From positions 3,695-67,694 of the forward strand of contig DATLBX010000053.1 in assembly GCA_035526705.1 (NCBI GenBank): a stretch of 64,000 nt of DNA, written 5' to 3'. The notes under the pieces are model-generated. The model searched no databases. It was not told the origin of the DNA and saw nothing but the letters and a program-made list of their open reading frames with translations. Shown here one piece after another: positions 44,526 to 52,515 of the stretch. A program made the translations under genes and the position numbers. Numbering within the stretch: the stretch's first letter is position 1; every line of letters begins with the position of its first letter. Source of the DNA: Acidimicrobiales bacterium (GTDB lineage Bacteria > Actinomycetota > Acidimicrobiia > Acidimicrobiales > JAHWKP01).

Positions 44526-46049
44526 CTAGACGCCCGGTCGGGCGTCGAAGGTGGGCACGAGCTGGCGAGCCGCCCGCGCCTCGTCCACTCGGCCGACGGG
44601 AGTAGTTCGGGGTGCCTCCGCGGCATCGTCCGGAGACTCCGCAATGAGCTGGAGTGCCGAAGCGAGCGCCTCGAGGGTCTGGAGACTCTCGGTCTCTGTC
44701 GGCTCGATCATCAACGCCTCTTCGACGATCAACGGGAAGTACGTGGTCGGGGCATGGAAGCCCTCCTCGAGGAGCCGCTTCGCCACGTCGACGGCACGCA
44801 GGCCATTGGATTTCTTCAGCGAAGCAGTGGACGCCACGAACTCGTGCATGTTCGGGCGATCGAAGGGCACGTCGTACACGCCCCGCAGCCGATGCCGTAG
44901 CCAGTTGGCGTTCAGCACGGCGCGCTCTGCGACCCGCTGAAGGCCGTCTCCCCCGCAGGCAAGGATGTAGGAGTACGCCCGGACGAGCGCCAGCGCATTG
45001 CCGTGCCAGGAGTGCACGCGGCCGATCGACTTGGATGGCGTCTCCCACTTCCAGCCAGATTCCGAGCGAACGGGCCGTGGGCCCGGCAGGAAGTCGACCA
45101 GGCGCCGTCCCACTGCGACGGGGCCCGCACCCGGGCCTCCCCCGCCGTGCGGCACCGCGAAGGTCTTGTGGAGATTCATGTGGACGATGTCGAATCCCAT
45201 GTCGCCCGGGCGCGTGACCCCGAGGATGGCATTGAGATTCGCTCCGTCGTAATAGAGCATCGCCCCGACTTCGTGAGTCATCGCCGCGATCTCCGCGATG
45301 TCCTCTTCGAAGAGGCCGAGCGTATTGGGGTTGGTGAGCATGATCCCCGCCACATCGTCGTCCAGCCGCTCGCGCAGCGCGGTCAGGTCCACACAACCGC
45401 GGTCGTCGGACGGAACCGTGATGGTCTCGTAGCCGCCGAGTGTCACCGACGCCGGGTTGGTGCCGTGAGCCGAGTCGGGAATGACGACCTTGGTCCGTTC
45501 CCGACCGCCTTGCTCGTCGTGCCAGGCGCGCATGAGAAGCAGTCCGGTCAGCTCGCCGGCCGCGCCCGCCGGTGGTTGCAGTGTCGCGGCTGCCATGCCG
45601 GTCACTGAACACAGGCGTGCCTCGAGGTCCGCAAGTAGTTCCAACCAGCCCTGAGTCCAGGCCTCCGGTGTCGCCGGGTGCACGTTGGTGAACCCTGGCA
45701 ATGAGGCGGCGTCATCGCAAAGCTTGGGGTTGTACTTCATGGTGCAGCTTCCGAGCGGATAGGCGCCCAGATCCACTGAGTACTGGCGGTGGGACAGACG
45801 CGTGACGTGGCCCACCAGGTCGCGCTCGGACACCTCCGTCAGACTGAGCGGCTCGGCCTGTAGGAATTCCTCCGGGACGAGTTCTTCGGCCGACCATTCC
45901 GGCAGATCAGTGGTGCGGAATGACGCGGCCTTGCGTCCGGGTGCAGACAACTCGAAGATCGTGGGTTCCGAGTCCCGCCCCATCAGGGGGATAGAACGGC
46001 CCGTCGCGCCGAGACCGCTCTTCGACCGCGCCTGTTTCTGGTCGCTCAT
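44526..46049 (-). CDS. gcvPB: Glycine dehydrogenase (aminomethyl-transferring) subunit 2
   Basis: LGSCTMKYNP and the PLP lysine region NLHKTFAVPHGGGGPG. ATGA overlap with gcvPA. Confidence 0.9.
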   Translation of the reverse strand: MSDQKQARSKSGLGATGRSIPLMGRDSEPTIFELSAPGRKAASFRTTDLPEWSAEELVPEEFLQAEPLSLTEVSERDLVGHVTRLSHRQYSVDLGAYPLGSCTMKYNPKLCDDAASLPGFTNVHPATPEAWTQGWLELLADLEARLCSVTGMAAATLQPPAGAAGELTGLLLMRAWHDEQGGRERTKVVIPDSAHGTNPASVTLGGYETITVPSDDRGCVDLTALRERLDDDVAGIMLTNPNTLGLFEEDIAEIAAMTHEVGAMLYYDGANLNAILGVTRPGDMGFDIVHMNLHKTFAVPHGGGGPGAGPVAVGRRLVDFLPGPRPVRSESGWKWETPSKSIGRVHSWHGNALALVRAYSYILACGGDGLQRVAERAVLNANWLRHRLRGVYDVPFDRPNMHEFVASTASLKKSNGLRAVDVAKRLLEEGFHAPTTYFPLIVEEALMIEPTETESLQTLEALASALQLIAESPDDAAEAPRTTPVGRVDEARAARQLVPTFDARPGV

Positions 46050-47377
46050 CGGACCGCCTTTTCGAACGCGGCGGCGAAAGCGTCGATCTCGCCTCGTGTG
46101 CGCCGCTCAGTTACCGCGACCGCCAAGCCTTCGGGCTGATGCTGTCCAGGCTCCAGCGGAACGCCGGCCAAAAATCCCTCTTCCGCGAGACGTTCGACCA
46201 CGGTCCTCGGCGCCACCGGCAACTTCAAACTGAACTCCCGCAAAACCGGCGCGTCGGCCAAGGGCTCCACACCGTCGATGGCGAGCAGCGCCTCCCGGCA
46301 ATAGCGAGTGCCTCGAGCGCAGCGCAGGGCCAGCTCGCGGAGCCCGGCCGTGCCGAGCCAAGACAGCTGGATGGCGAACGCGACGGCGATGAGCGTCTGA
46401 TTCGTGCAGACGTTCGAAGAGGCCTTCTCCCGGCGAATGTCCTGTTCTCGCGCCCGGAGCGTGGTGACGTAGGCCCGCCGCCCTTCGGTGTCGACCGTCT
46501 CACCGACGAGGCGCCCGGGGAGGCGGCGCACCTGCTCCATCGTCGAGGCGAACAGACCGACGTACGGACCGCCGAACGACATGGGAGTGCCGAACGGTTG
46601 CCCCTCCCCCACGACCACGTCGGCTCCCAGCTCTCCTGGTGAGCGGAGCAGGCCCGCGGCGACAGGGTCCGCGGCGACCACACACAACCCGCCCAAACCG
46701 TGAACCAAATCGGCGGCGGCGCGGACATCCTCGATGCACCCGAGATGGTTGGGCTGACCAATCAGGACAGCGGCAGGTGGCTCGCCCACGGCGTCCGGCC
46801 ACACAGTCACTCCGTTTCGCAGTGGCACTGAAACCAGCTCATGCCCAGTGCCTTTGGCGAAGGTGCGCAGGACCTCACGCCAGGTCGGGTGAATTCCCTC
46901 GCTGACCCAGACCGTGCTGCGCTTTGTCGCGGCTACGGCCAGGTTCGTGGCCTCGACGAGGGCGGAGGCCCCGTCGTAAAGCGATGCGTTGGCCACCGGG
47001 ACTCCGGCGAGGCGCGCCACCAGGGTCTGGTACTCGAAGAGCATCTGAAGCACGCCCTGCGCGACCTCCGGCTGATAGGGCGTGTACGCCGTGACGAACT
47101 CCGAGCGGAACGCCAGACGCCGGACCGCAGCCGGCACTTCGTGGTCGTACGCGCCGCAGCCCGCGAAACAGATCAACTCCGCGCCCGGGTTGCCGGCAGC
47201 GAGCCGTTGCGTTTCGACCACGACGTCGGGTTCGCTCAGTCCCGGCGCCATATCGAGCCCCCCGGCCAGACGCAACGCCTCTGGAATCGCGGTGAAGAGC
47301 TCCTCGACACTCGAGAGGCCACAGGCCTCCAACATCAGCTCGATCTCTTCGTCGGTATGCGGCGTGAAATCAGGCAC
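46046..47377 (-). CDS. gcvPA: Glycine dehydrogenase (aminomethyl-transferring) subunit 1
   Basis: FTPHTDEEIELMLEACGL, YTPYQPEVAQGVLQMLFEYQT. Confidence 0.9.
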   Translation of the reverse strand: MPDFTPHTDEEIELMLEACGLSSVEELFTAIPEALRLAGGLDMAPGLSEPDVVVETQRLAAGNPGAELICFAGCGAYDHEVPAAVRRLAFRSEFVTAYTPYQPEVAQGVLQMLFEYQTLVARLAGVPVANASLYDGASALVEATNLAVAATKRSTVWVSEGIHPTWREVLRTFAKGTGHELVSVPLRNGVTVWPDAVGEPPAAVLIGQPNHLGCIEDVRAAADLVHGLGGLCVVAADPVAAGLLRSPGELGADVVVGEGQPFGTPMSFGGPYVGLFASTMEQVRRLPGRLVGETVDTEGRRAYVTTLRAREQDIRREKASSNVCTNQTLIAVAFAIQLSWLGTAGLRELALRCARGTRYCREALLAIDGVEPLADAPVLREFSLKLPVAPRTVVERLAEEGFLAGVPLEPGQHQPEGLAVAVTERRTRGEIDAFAAAFEKAVR

Positions 47378-47387
47378 GACCAGCCCC

Positions 47388-48449
47388 TCAGCTCTTCTTG
47401 CCGACGAAAGGCGTCCTGACGACGCTGCCGGCCAATGACTGTCCCCGGATCTCGATGCTCACGTCCGCGCCGATCTTCACGGTCGGATCGAGCAGGGCGA
47501 GAGCGATCCCGTGGCCGAGCACCGGAGAGAAGTTGCCGCTTGTGGTGAGGCCGACCCGCTGCCCGTCCGACGAGACCGCGCACCCTTCACGCGGCGGTCG
47601 TCTTCCCTCCGTTGCGATGCCCCGTAGGCGGCGCGACACACCCCGCTCCTTCTCGGCGGCCAGCGCAGTGCGGCCGCGAAACGCGCCCTTGTCCCACGAA
47701 ACGACCCAGCCCAAACCGGCCTGCAGAGGGGTGATCTCGGGCCCAAGTTCGTGACCGTGCAGCGGAAGGGCGGCTTCGAGTCGAAGCGTGTCGCGGGCTC
47801 CCAGCCCGGCCGGTACTACGCCGACCGCGGTCAACGCGTCCCAGATCTTTGGGGCGCTGTCGACCGGCACCGCCAGCTCGACCCCGTCTTCGCCGGTGTA
47901 GCCGGTGCCCGCTACCACGCCGGGCGTGCCCTCCCAGTCGAATTCCGCGACGCCGAAGCGGGGCACAGAGGCGGGGCCCGCGCCGAGGGCTGATGCCACC
48001 TTCTGACGCGCTTCGGGTCCTTGCACCGCGAGGATCGCCCGCTCGGCCGTCGTGTCCCTACCCCCGATGGCGGTACGAACCCGAGCGGTATTGGAGGCGT
48101 TGGGCATCACGTCGAGAACACCGTCGGGGCGCCACCACACGATGATGTCGTCGAGCACCGAGGCATCAGCCTCGTCGAGCAGGTGGGTGTACTGGGCCTT
48201 GCCAGGCGCGATTTTCGAAAGGTCGTTGGTGAAGGCCCCCTGAAGGAGGTCGAAGGCATCATCGCCCTCGACCCGCACGGTGCCCAGATGGCTGACATCG
48301 AACACGACCGCGGAGTCGCGGCACCTGAGGTGTTCCGCGACAGTCCCTGAGGAGTAGCTCAGCGGCATTTCCCACCCGCCGAAGTCCACGAGTTTGGCGC
48401 CGGCCGCGACATGGACGTCGTGCAGCGGAGAGCGGAGCAAGGGACCCAT
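47388..48449 (-). CDS. gcvT: Glycine cleavage system aminomethyltransferase T
   Basis: SPLHDVHVAAGAKLVDFGGWEMPLSY, VFDVSHLG, GYTGEDGVE. Confidence 0.9.
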   Translation of the reverse strand: MGPLLRSPLHDVHVAAGAKLVDFGGWEMPLSYSSGTVAEHLRCRDSAVVFDVSHLGTVRVEGDDAFDLLQGAFTNDLSKIAPGKAQYTHLLDEADASVLDDIIVWWRPDGVLDVMPNASNTARVRTAIGGRDTTAERAILAVQGPEARQKVASALGAGPASVPRFGVAEFDWEGTPGVVAGTGYTGEDGVELAVPVDSAPKIWDALTAVGVVPAGLGARDTLRLEAALPLHGHELGPEITPLQAGLGWVVSWDKGAFRGRTALAAEKERGVSRRLRGIATEGRRPPREGCAVSSDGQRVGLTTSGNFSPVLGHGIALALLDPTVKIGADVSIEIRGQSLAGSVVRTPFVGKKS

Positions 48450-48527
48450 TTCCGCCCGAACCTACATTGTCGATTTCGCGACACGGGCAGTGTCAACCCG
48501 TGCCTGCGCCGAAGGCCCTCCTGGAAC

Positions 48528-48551
48528 GTGCGGGCCCACCCACGCCGGCCG
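48528..48551 (+). repeat. Dispersed GC-rich repeat, copy E (module 2 only), in the gcvT upstream gap
   Basis: GTGCGGGCCCACCCACGCCGGCCG compared with copy C GTGGGACCCCACCCACGCCGGCGG. Confidence 0.6.
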
Positions 48552-48566
48552 TCGTGTGTGTGCCGC

Positions 48567-48893
48567 TTAGGAGGCGACCCCGGCGGCCTCGACGTGGCGC
48601 CCCAGCAGAGCCTGGCAATCCCGCTGGTAGAGGATCTGGACCTTCACGTCCGGACGCAGCTCCTTCAGCCGCCGTATCTTGCGGTTCTTCTTCGTGACGA
48701 GCTTTTGGTTGAGCGTCGTCATCTCGACATACAAGTCGTAGGCCGGCAGGAAGAAGTCCGGACGAAAGGCCTCGGTGGGCCGACCCTGCTCGTCTCGAGA
48801 GAGGATGAACTCGGTGGGTTCGTACTCCCAGGTGATTCCGTAGAAGTCCAGAAGACGAGCCAACTGCCGCTCAGAGTCGTGCGCAAATCTCAC
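48567..48893 (-). CDS. Conserved hypothetical protein (positional equivalent of Rv1831)
   Basis: GTG at 48893 chosen because the longer ORF overlaps the MerR gene. ERQLARLLDFYGITWEYEPTEF...FRPDFFLPAYDLYVE. Start tentative. Confidence 0.45.
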   Translation of the reverse strand: MRFAHDSERQLARLLDFYGITWEYEPTEFILSRDEQGRPTEAFRPDFFLPAYDLYVEMTTLNQKLVTKKNRKIRRLKELRPDVKVQILYQRDCQALLGRHVEAAGVAS

Positions 48894-48975
48894 GCGATCG
48901 GCAGGGGCGGACCCCCGCTGTGAAACCCGGGGCGGGGGGTGTCCCCGCTCCTGCTGGGCGCGAGGCTCGGGCAGA

Positions 48976-49476
48976 TCAGATCCCGGAGGCTGCCTTGAGA
49001 GCTGCCAGAGACGGGGCGTCGCCGTCCGTGGGGCGCAGTTCGAGAATGGCAGCGTCGAGCTCCTCGAGAACTCCGGCCAGCGGAACGATGTTGAGCACGC
49101 CCTGGCCGCCGCGCAGCAGGTCGATGATCTCGTCGCCGGTGCGCGCCAGGACTGAGCCTTCGCCGTTGAGAACGAGGTTGGCTGTGGCCAGCGACTCGCC
49201 CAGCCCCTCGCGCAGGCAGACAATTGCCCGGCGCGCCGACTTGAGGGAGACGCCGGCGTCCAGGAGCCGCTTGATGACCTTCAGGTCGAGCAGGTCGCGG
49301 TAGGAGTAGAGCCGCTGGGTGCCGCTCCCCCGCGCTTCGGAGATAGACGGCTTGAGCAGATCGGTCCGTGCCCAGTAATCGAGCTGGCGATAGGTGATGC
49401 CGACGATGTCGCACACCTGGGGGCCGCGAAAGCCCTCCTCGACCGCCTGCTCTTCAGACACTCTGACCTCCGTCAA
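48976..49476 (-). CDS. MerR-family transcriptional regulator (Rv1830-like)
   Basis: VCDIVGITYRQLDYWARTDLLKPS...RLYSYRDLLDLKVIKRLLDAGVSL is the MerR HTH. Confidence 0.8.
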   Translation of the reverse strand: MTEVRVSEEQAVEEGFRGPQVCDIVGITYRQLDYWARTDLLKPSISEARGSGTQRLYSYRDLLDLKVIKRLLDAGVSLKSARRAIVCLREGLGESLATANLVLNGEGSVLARTGDEIIDLLRGGQGVLNIVPLAGVLEELDAAILELRPTDGDAPSLAALKAASGI

Positions 49477-49600
49477 TTTCCTATGTCAGGCCCATCGGGC
49501 CTCACCGCGACTCACAGGCGCGTAGTTACGCCGGTGTCGTCAGACTAGGTACTGGGGGTCCGACTGTCAACAACCTGTGGACATCGGCCCGGACGGGAGC

Positions 49601-50101
49601 TCAGGCCTCGCGGAAATCCTCGGGCCGGAGGGCTTCGATGAAGTGACGGAACTCGTCGACGAGCTCTTCGGGGTCCGCATCGGGGTCCTCCTCGTCGGCC
49701 GGAATGAGGACGCCTTCGGCCTCCACGAGAGCGTCATTGGCGAAGATGGGAACGTCCATGCGGACCGCCAGGGCAATGGCGTCGGAGGGCCGGCTCGACA
49801 TGATGTGCTTCCGCTCGCCCTGCTTCATGTGGATCTCGGCGTAGTAGATCGACTCGCGTAGCTCGGTGATGAGGATCCGTTCCACCGTGACGCCGAGCGC
49901 CACCAGCAGGTCCTTCATCAGATCATGGGTGAACGGCCTCTGGTGCGGGCTGTGGCGCATGGCGGCCGCGATCGCGCTGGCCTCGGGGGACCCGATCCAG
50001 ATCGGCAGGGTGCGGCCCTGGCCTTCGGCTTCGCGCAGCAGGACTACGGGCGTGTTCGTAGGAACATCGACCCGGACGTCGTGCAGCTCCATGCGCACCA
50101 C
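49601..50101 (-). CDS. Bifunctional nuclease (DUF151/BFN) family protein
   Basis: PVVLLREAEGQGRTLPIWIGSPEASAIA...RPFTHDL...ITELRESIYYAEI. Alternative ATG at 50092. Confidence 0.8.
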   Translation of the reverse strand: MVRMELHDVRVDVPTNTPVVLLREAEGQGRTLPIWIGSPEASAIAAAMRHSPHQRPFTHDLMKDLLVALGVTVERILITELRESIYYAEIHMKQGERKHIMSSRPSDAIALAVRMDVPIFANDALVEAEGVLIPADEEDPDADPEELVDEFRHFIEALRPEDFREA

Positions 50102-50130
50102 CGATAAACCCTACCTGGGGCGTGCGCAGC

Positions 50131-50682
50131 TCAATCCTCGGGCGTCGGAGGGAAGAGCTGGGGGACATAGGTGTGCCGGTCTGATCGAAGGCGATGCAGG
50201 TCCGCGTCATAGATCCCGGCTGCGTTGGGATATATCCCGCCGTATTCGAGCCCGTACCCGAGGATGAGGTCTTCGTCCACTTCGAGTCCGACGAATCTGA
50301 GGTCGGTCGGTACTAGTCGGCGGCGCGCCCTGTTCAGCAGTGCGCAAGCCGACAACGATCGTGGCCCTCTACCGGCGAGCTCCGTCATCACGTAATTGAG
50401 GGTGAGGCCCGTGTCGACCAGGTCTTCCACCAGAACCACGTCGCGCCCCTGCACGTCACAGTCCAGGTCCTTGGTCAGGCGCACTCGACCGGTTCCCGGC
50501 GCGTAGGTCGAGATCGCGAGGAAGTCCACCGCGATTGGAGCCGAGATGGTTCGGGCCAGGTCGGCGACGAAGGGAACCGAACCGCGCATCACGGCCACCA
50601 GCAACGCTCCATCGGGAAACGCGTGCGAGATCTCTTGTCCGAGTCGCCGCACGACCGACGCGATCTCCGGAGCGGCGGCCAC
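50131..50682 (-). CDS. hpt: Hypoxanthine phosphoribosyltransferase
   Basis: PRPP motif VLVEDLVDTGLTL and LEYGGIYPN-type C-terminus. 183 aa. Confidence 0.85.
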   Translation of the reverse strand: MAAAPEIASVVRRLGQEISHAFPDGALLVAVMRGSVPFVADLARTISAPIAVDFLAISTYAPGTGRVRLTKDLDCDVQGRDVVLVEDLVDTGLTLNYVMTELAGRGPRSLSACALLNRARRRLVPTDLRFVGLEVDEDLILGYGLEYGGIYPNAAGIYDADLHRLRSDRHTYVPQLFPPTPED

Positions 50683-50705
50683 CAGCCGGGCCGCCGATGG
50701 TGGCG

Positions 50706-51545
50706 TCAGCCCAAGCCCATCTCGTCGACGGCGCGCTTAACGAGGATGTTGCGCAACTCATGGGCCAGGTTGACGAGTTCGGTGAGGGTGTCCGCGGCTT
50801 GACGCCGGGAGCGGGGATTGCGTTGTTTGAGTAACGGCGTCACGACCTGCTCGAACAGCGTGGTCTCGCGCTCCGCCGTGCTCTTGTACATCTTCAAGTG
50901 GCGCGGCTCCATGCCGTGAGCCTCGAACGCGGCGGCAATCCGGGCGACGTCGATAGCGTCGCCGTCGTAGTAGGTCGCTCCGGCCACAGCCTTTCCGGCG
51001 AGCAATCCGAACCGCTCCAACTCACGGACTCGTTCCGGGGCCAGGCCGGTGAACTCGCACAACTCATGCAACGTCATGCTCTCTTCGCTCCGCGAACGCG
51101 GCGGTGGCACCAGCGACACGGTGGGGCTGACACGACTCTCGCTCTTCGCGACAGTGCGGGTGCGGCGCGTCTCGGGCTGTCGAAGGTCTGGCATGTCAGG
51201 TTGAGGCACCGACGCCTCGAGGGCCGCGGGCGGTTCCAGGTGCGGACTGGCCTCCAGCGCGGCCTCGGCCCCGGCGGCTCCCCCGCCCGATTCGTCCACG
51301 CCGAGCCGGCCACGGATCACCTTCAGCGGGAGAAAGTTCTCCTTCTGTTGCCGGAGGATCCATCGCAACCGCTCGACATCGGGCTCGTAGAACTTGCGAT
51401 ACCCCGACGGGGTGCGTTCCGGATCGAGAAGTCCCTGACTCTCGAGAAACCGGATCTTCGAGATGGTGACGTCCGGAAACTCCTCCTTCAGCAGAGACAG
51501 GACCTCACCAATTGAGAGGTGGTCGCGCTCGCCCTGCTCCCCCAA
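50706..51545 (-). CDS. MerR-family regulator, two-module (Rv1828/FtsR-like)
   Basis: LSIGEVLSLLKEEFPDVTISKIRFLESQGLLDPERTPSGYRKFYEPDVERLRWIL, plus a second MerR-like module LHELCEFTGL. Confidence 0.75.
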   Translation of the reverse strand: MGEQGERDHLSIGEVLSLLKEEFPDVTISKIRFLESQGLLDPERTPSGYRKFYEPDVERLRWILRQQKENFLPLKVIRGRLGVDESGGGAAGAEAALEASPHLEPPAALEASVPQPDMPDLRQPETRRTRTVAKSESRVSPTVSLVPPPRSRSEESMTLHELCEFTGLAPERVRELERFGLLAGKAVAGATYYDGDAIDVARIAAAFEAHGMEPRHLKMYKSTAERETTLFEQVVTPLLKQRNPRSRRQAADTLTELVNLAHELRNILVKRAVDEMGLG

Positions 51546-51551
51546 CGCGGG

Positions 51552-52058
51552 TCAGCCCCCCGACCCGGAGAGGAACACGAGCTTGAACTTTCCGATTTGC
51601 ACTTCGTCGCCGGACGCGAGCCTGCCCTCTTCCACGCGATCGCGGTTGAGGTACGTGCCGTTCAACGATCCGGCGTCCTTGATGACCCAGCCGCCACCAG
51701 CGCGGGTGAACTCGACGTGCCGGCGGGAGACCGTGATGTCATCGAGAAAGATTTCGCTGTCCGGATGGCGCCCGGCCCGCACGCGGTCTTGGTCGAGAAG
51801 GAAGCGTGCCCCGGCGTTTGGTCCGCGCTTCACGAGCAGGAGGGCGTCGCCCTCCGCCAGCTCGGATACGTCGACGGCGAGCTCGTCGTCGGGAGCTTCC
51901 GGAGGCGGTTCATCCGGCATGAAAGTGAGCGTCGTCTCTTCGCCCTCCCCGCGCCGGGCCCCTTGGGCGCCCACCTCCAGCACATGGCCGCACGAGGAAC
52001 AGAAGTTGGCGCCGTCGGGGTTGCGGTGCCCGCACTTGTTGCAATACAACGCGGCCAA
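51552..52058 (-). CDS. garA: FHA-domain protein, GarA/OdhI-like, with N-terminal zinc ribbon
   Basis: TTG at 52058 preceded by GGGAAGG. CNKCGHRNPDGANFCSSCGH, then an EETTLTF Thr cluster, then the FHA core GRHPDSEIFLDDITVSRRHVEF...SLNGTYLN. Sits next to gcvH, as garA does in M. tuberculosis. Confidence 0.8.
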   Translation of the reverse strand: MAALYCNKCGHRNPDGANFCSSCGHVLEVGAQGARRGEGEETTLTFMPDEPPPEAPDDELAVDVSELAEGDALLLVKRGPNAGARFLLDQDRVRAGRHPDSEIFLDDITVSRRHVEFTRAGGGWVIKDAGSLNGTYLNRDRVEEGRLASGDEVQIGKFKLVFLSGSGG

Positions 52059-52069
52059 GGAAGCCTTCC

Positions 52070-52450
52070 CTAGTCGGCGATGACGGCCTGATAGGCCGCC
52101 GCGTCCATGAGGCCGTCCGCCGCCGCGGGATCGTCGGGGGTGATCAGACAGATCCAACCCTCGCCGTAGGGATCTTCGTTGAGCCGCTGCGGCGACTCGG
52201 CGAGCTCGCCGTTTACTTCCGCGATCACGCCGGTGACCGGGGCGTACAGGTCGGAGACCGATTTGGTCGACTCCACCTCTCCCATCGTCTTGCCCGCCTC
52301 GACGCGATCGCCTGGCTGAGGCAGCTGGACGAACACGACGTCGCCCAGTGCATCCTGGGCGTAGTCGGTGATGCCGACGCGGAGCCCGGCGCTCTCGCCT
52401 CGGGCCCACTCGTGGTCGGACGTGTAACGCAGGTCGGCGGGGACGTTCAC
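52070..52450 (-). CDS. gcvH: Glycine cleavage system H protein
   Basis: YTSDHEWA...GITDYAQDALGDVVFV...VESTKSVSDLYAPVTG (lipoyl-Lys motif). Confidence 0.9.
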   Translation of the reverse strand: MNVPADLRYTSDHEWARGESAGLRVGITDYAQDALGDVVFVQLPQPGDRVEAGKTMGEVESTKSVSDLYAPVTGVIAEVNGELAESPQRLNEDPYGEGWICLITPDDPAAADGLMDAAAYQAVIAD

Positions 52451-52515
52451 GGGCAGGGAGGCTAGTTGTTCGTCCGCTGGGGACCCGAGCCGCCGTAAGT
52501 CACGCGACCCATCCG

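Noticed and set aside
48450-48566. Expected glycine riboswitch upstream of gcvT.
   Set aside because: The conserved glycine-aptamer core sequences are not visible by eye, so no ncRNA feature is called. This still needs a covariance-model scan for a definitive answer.
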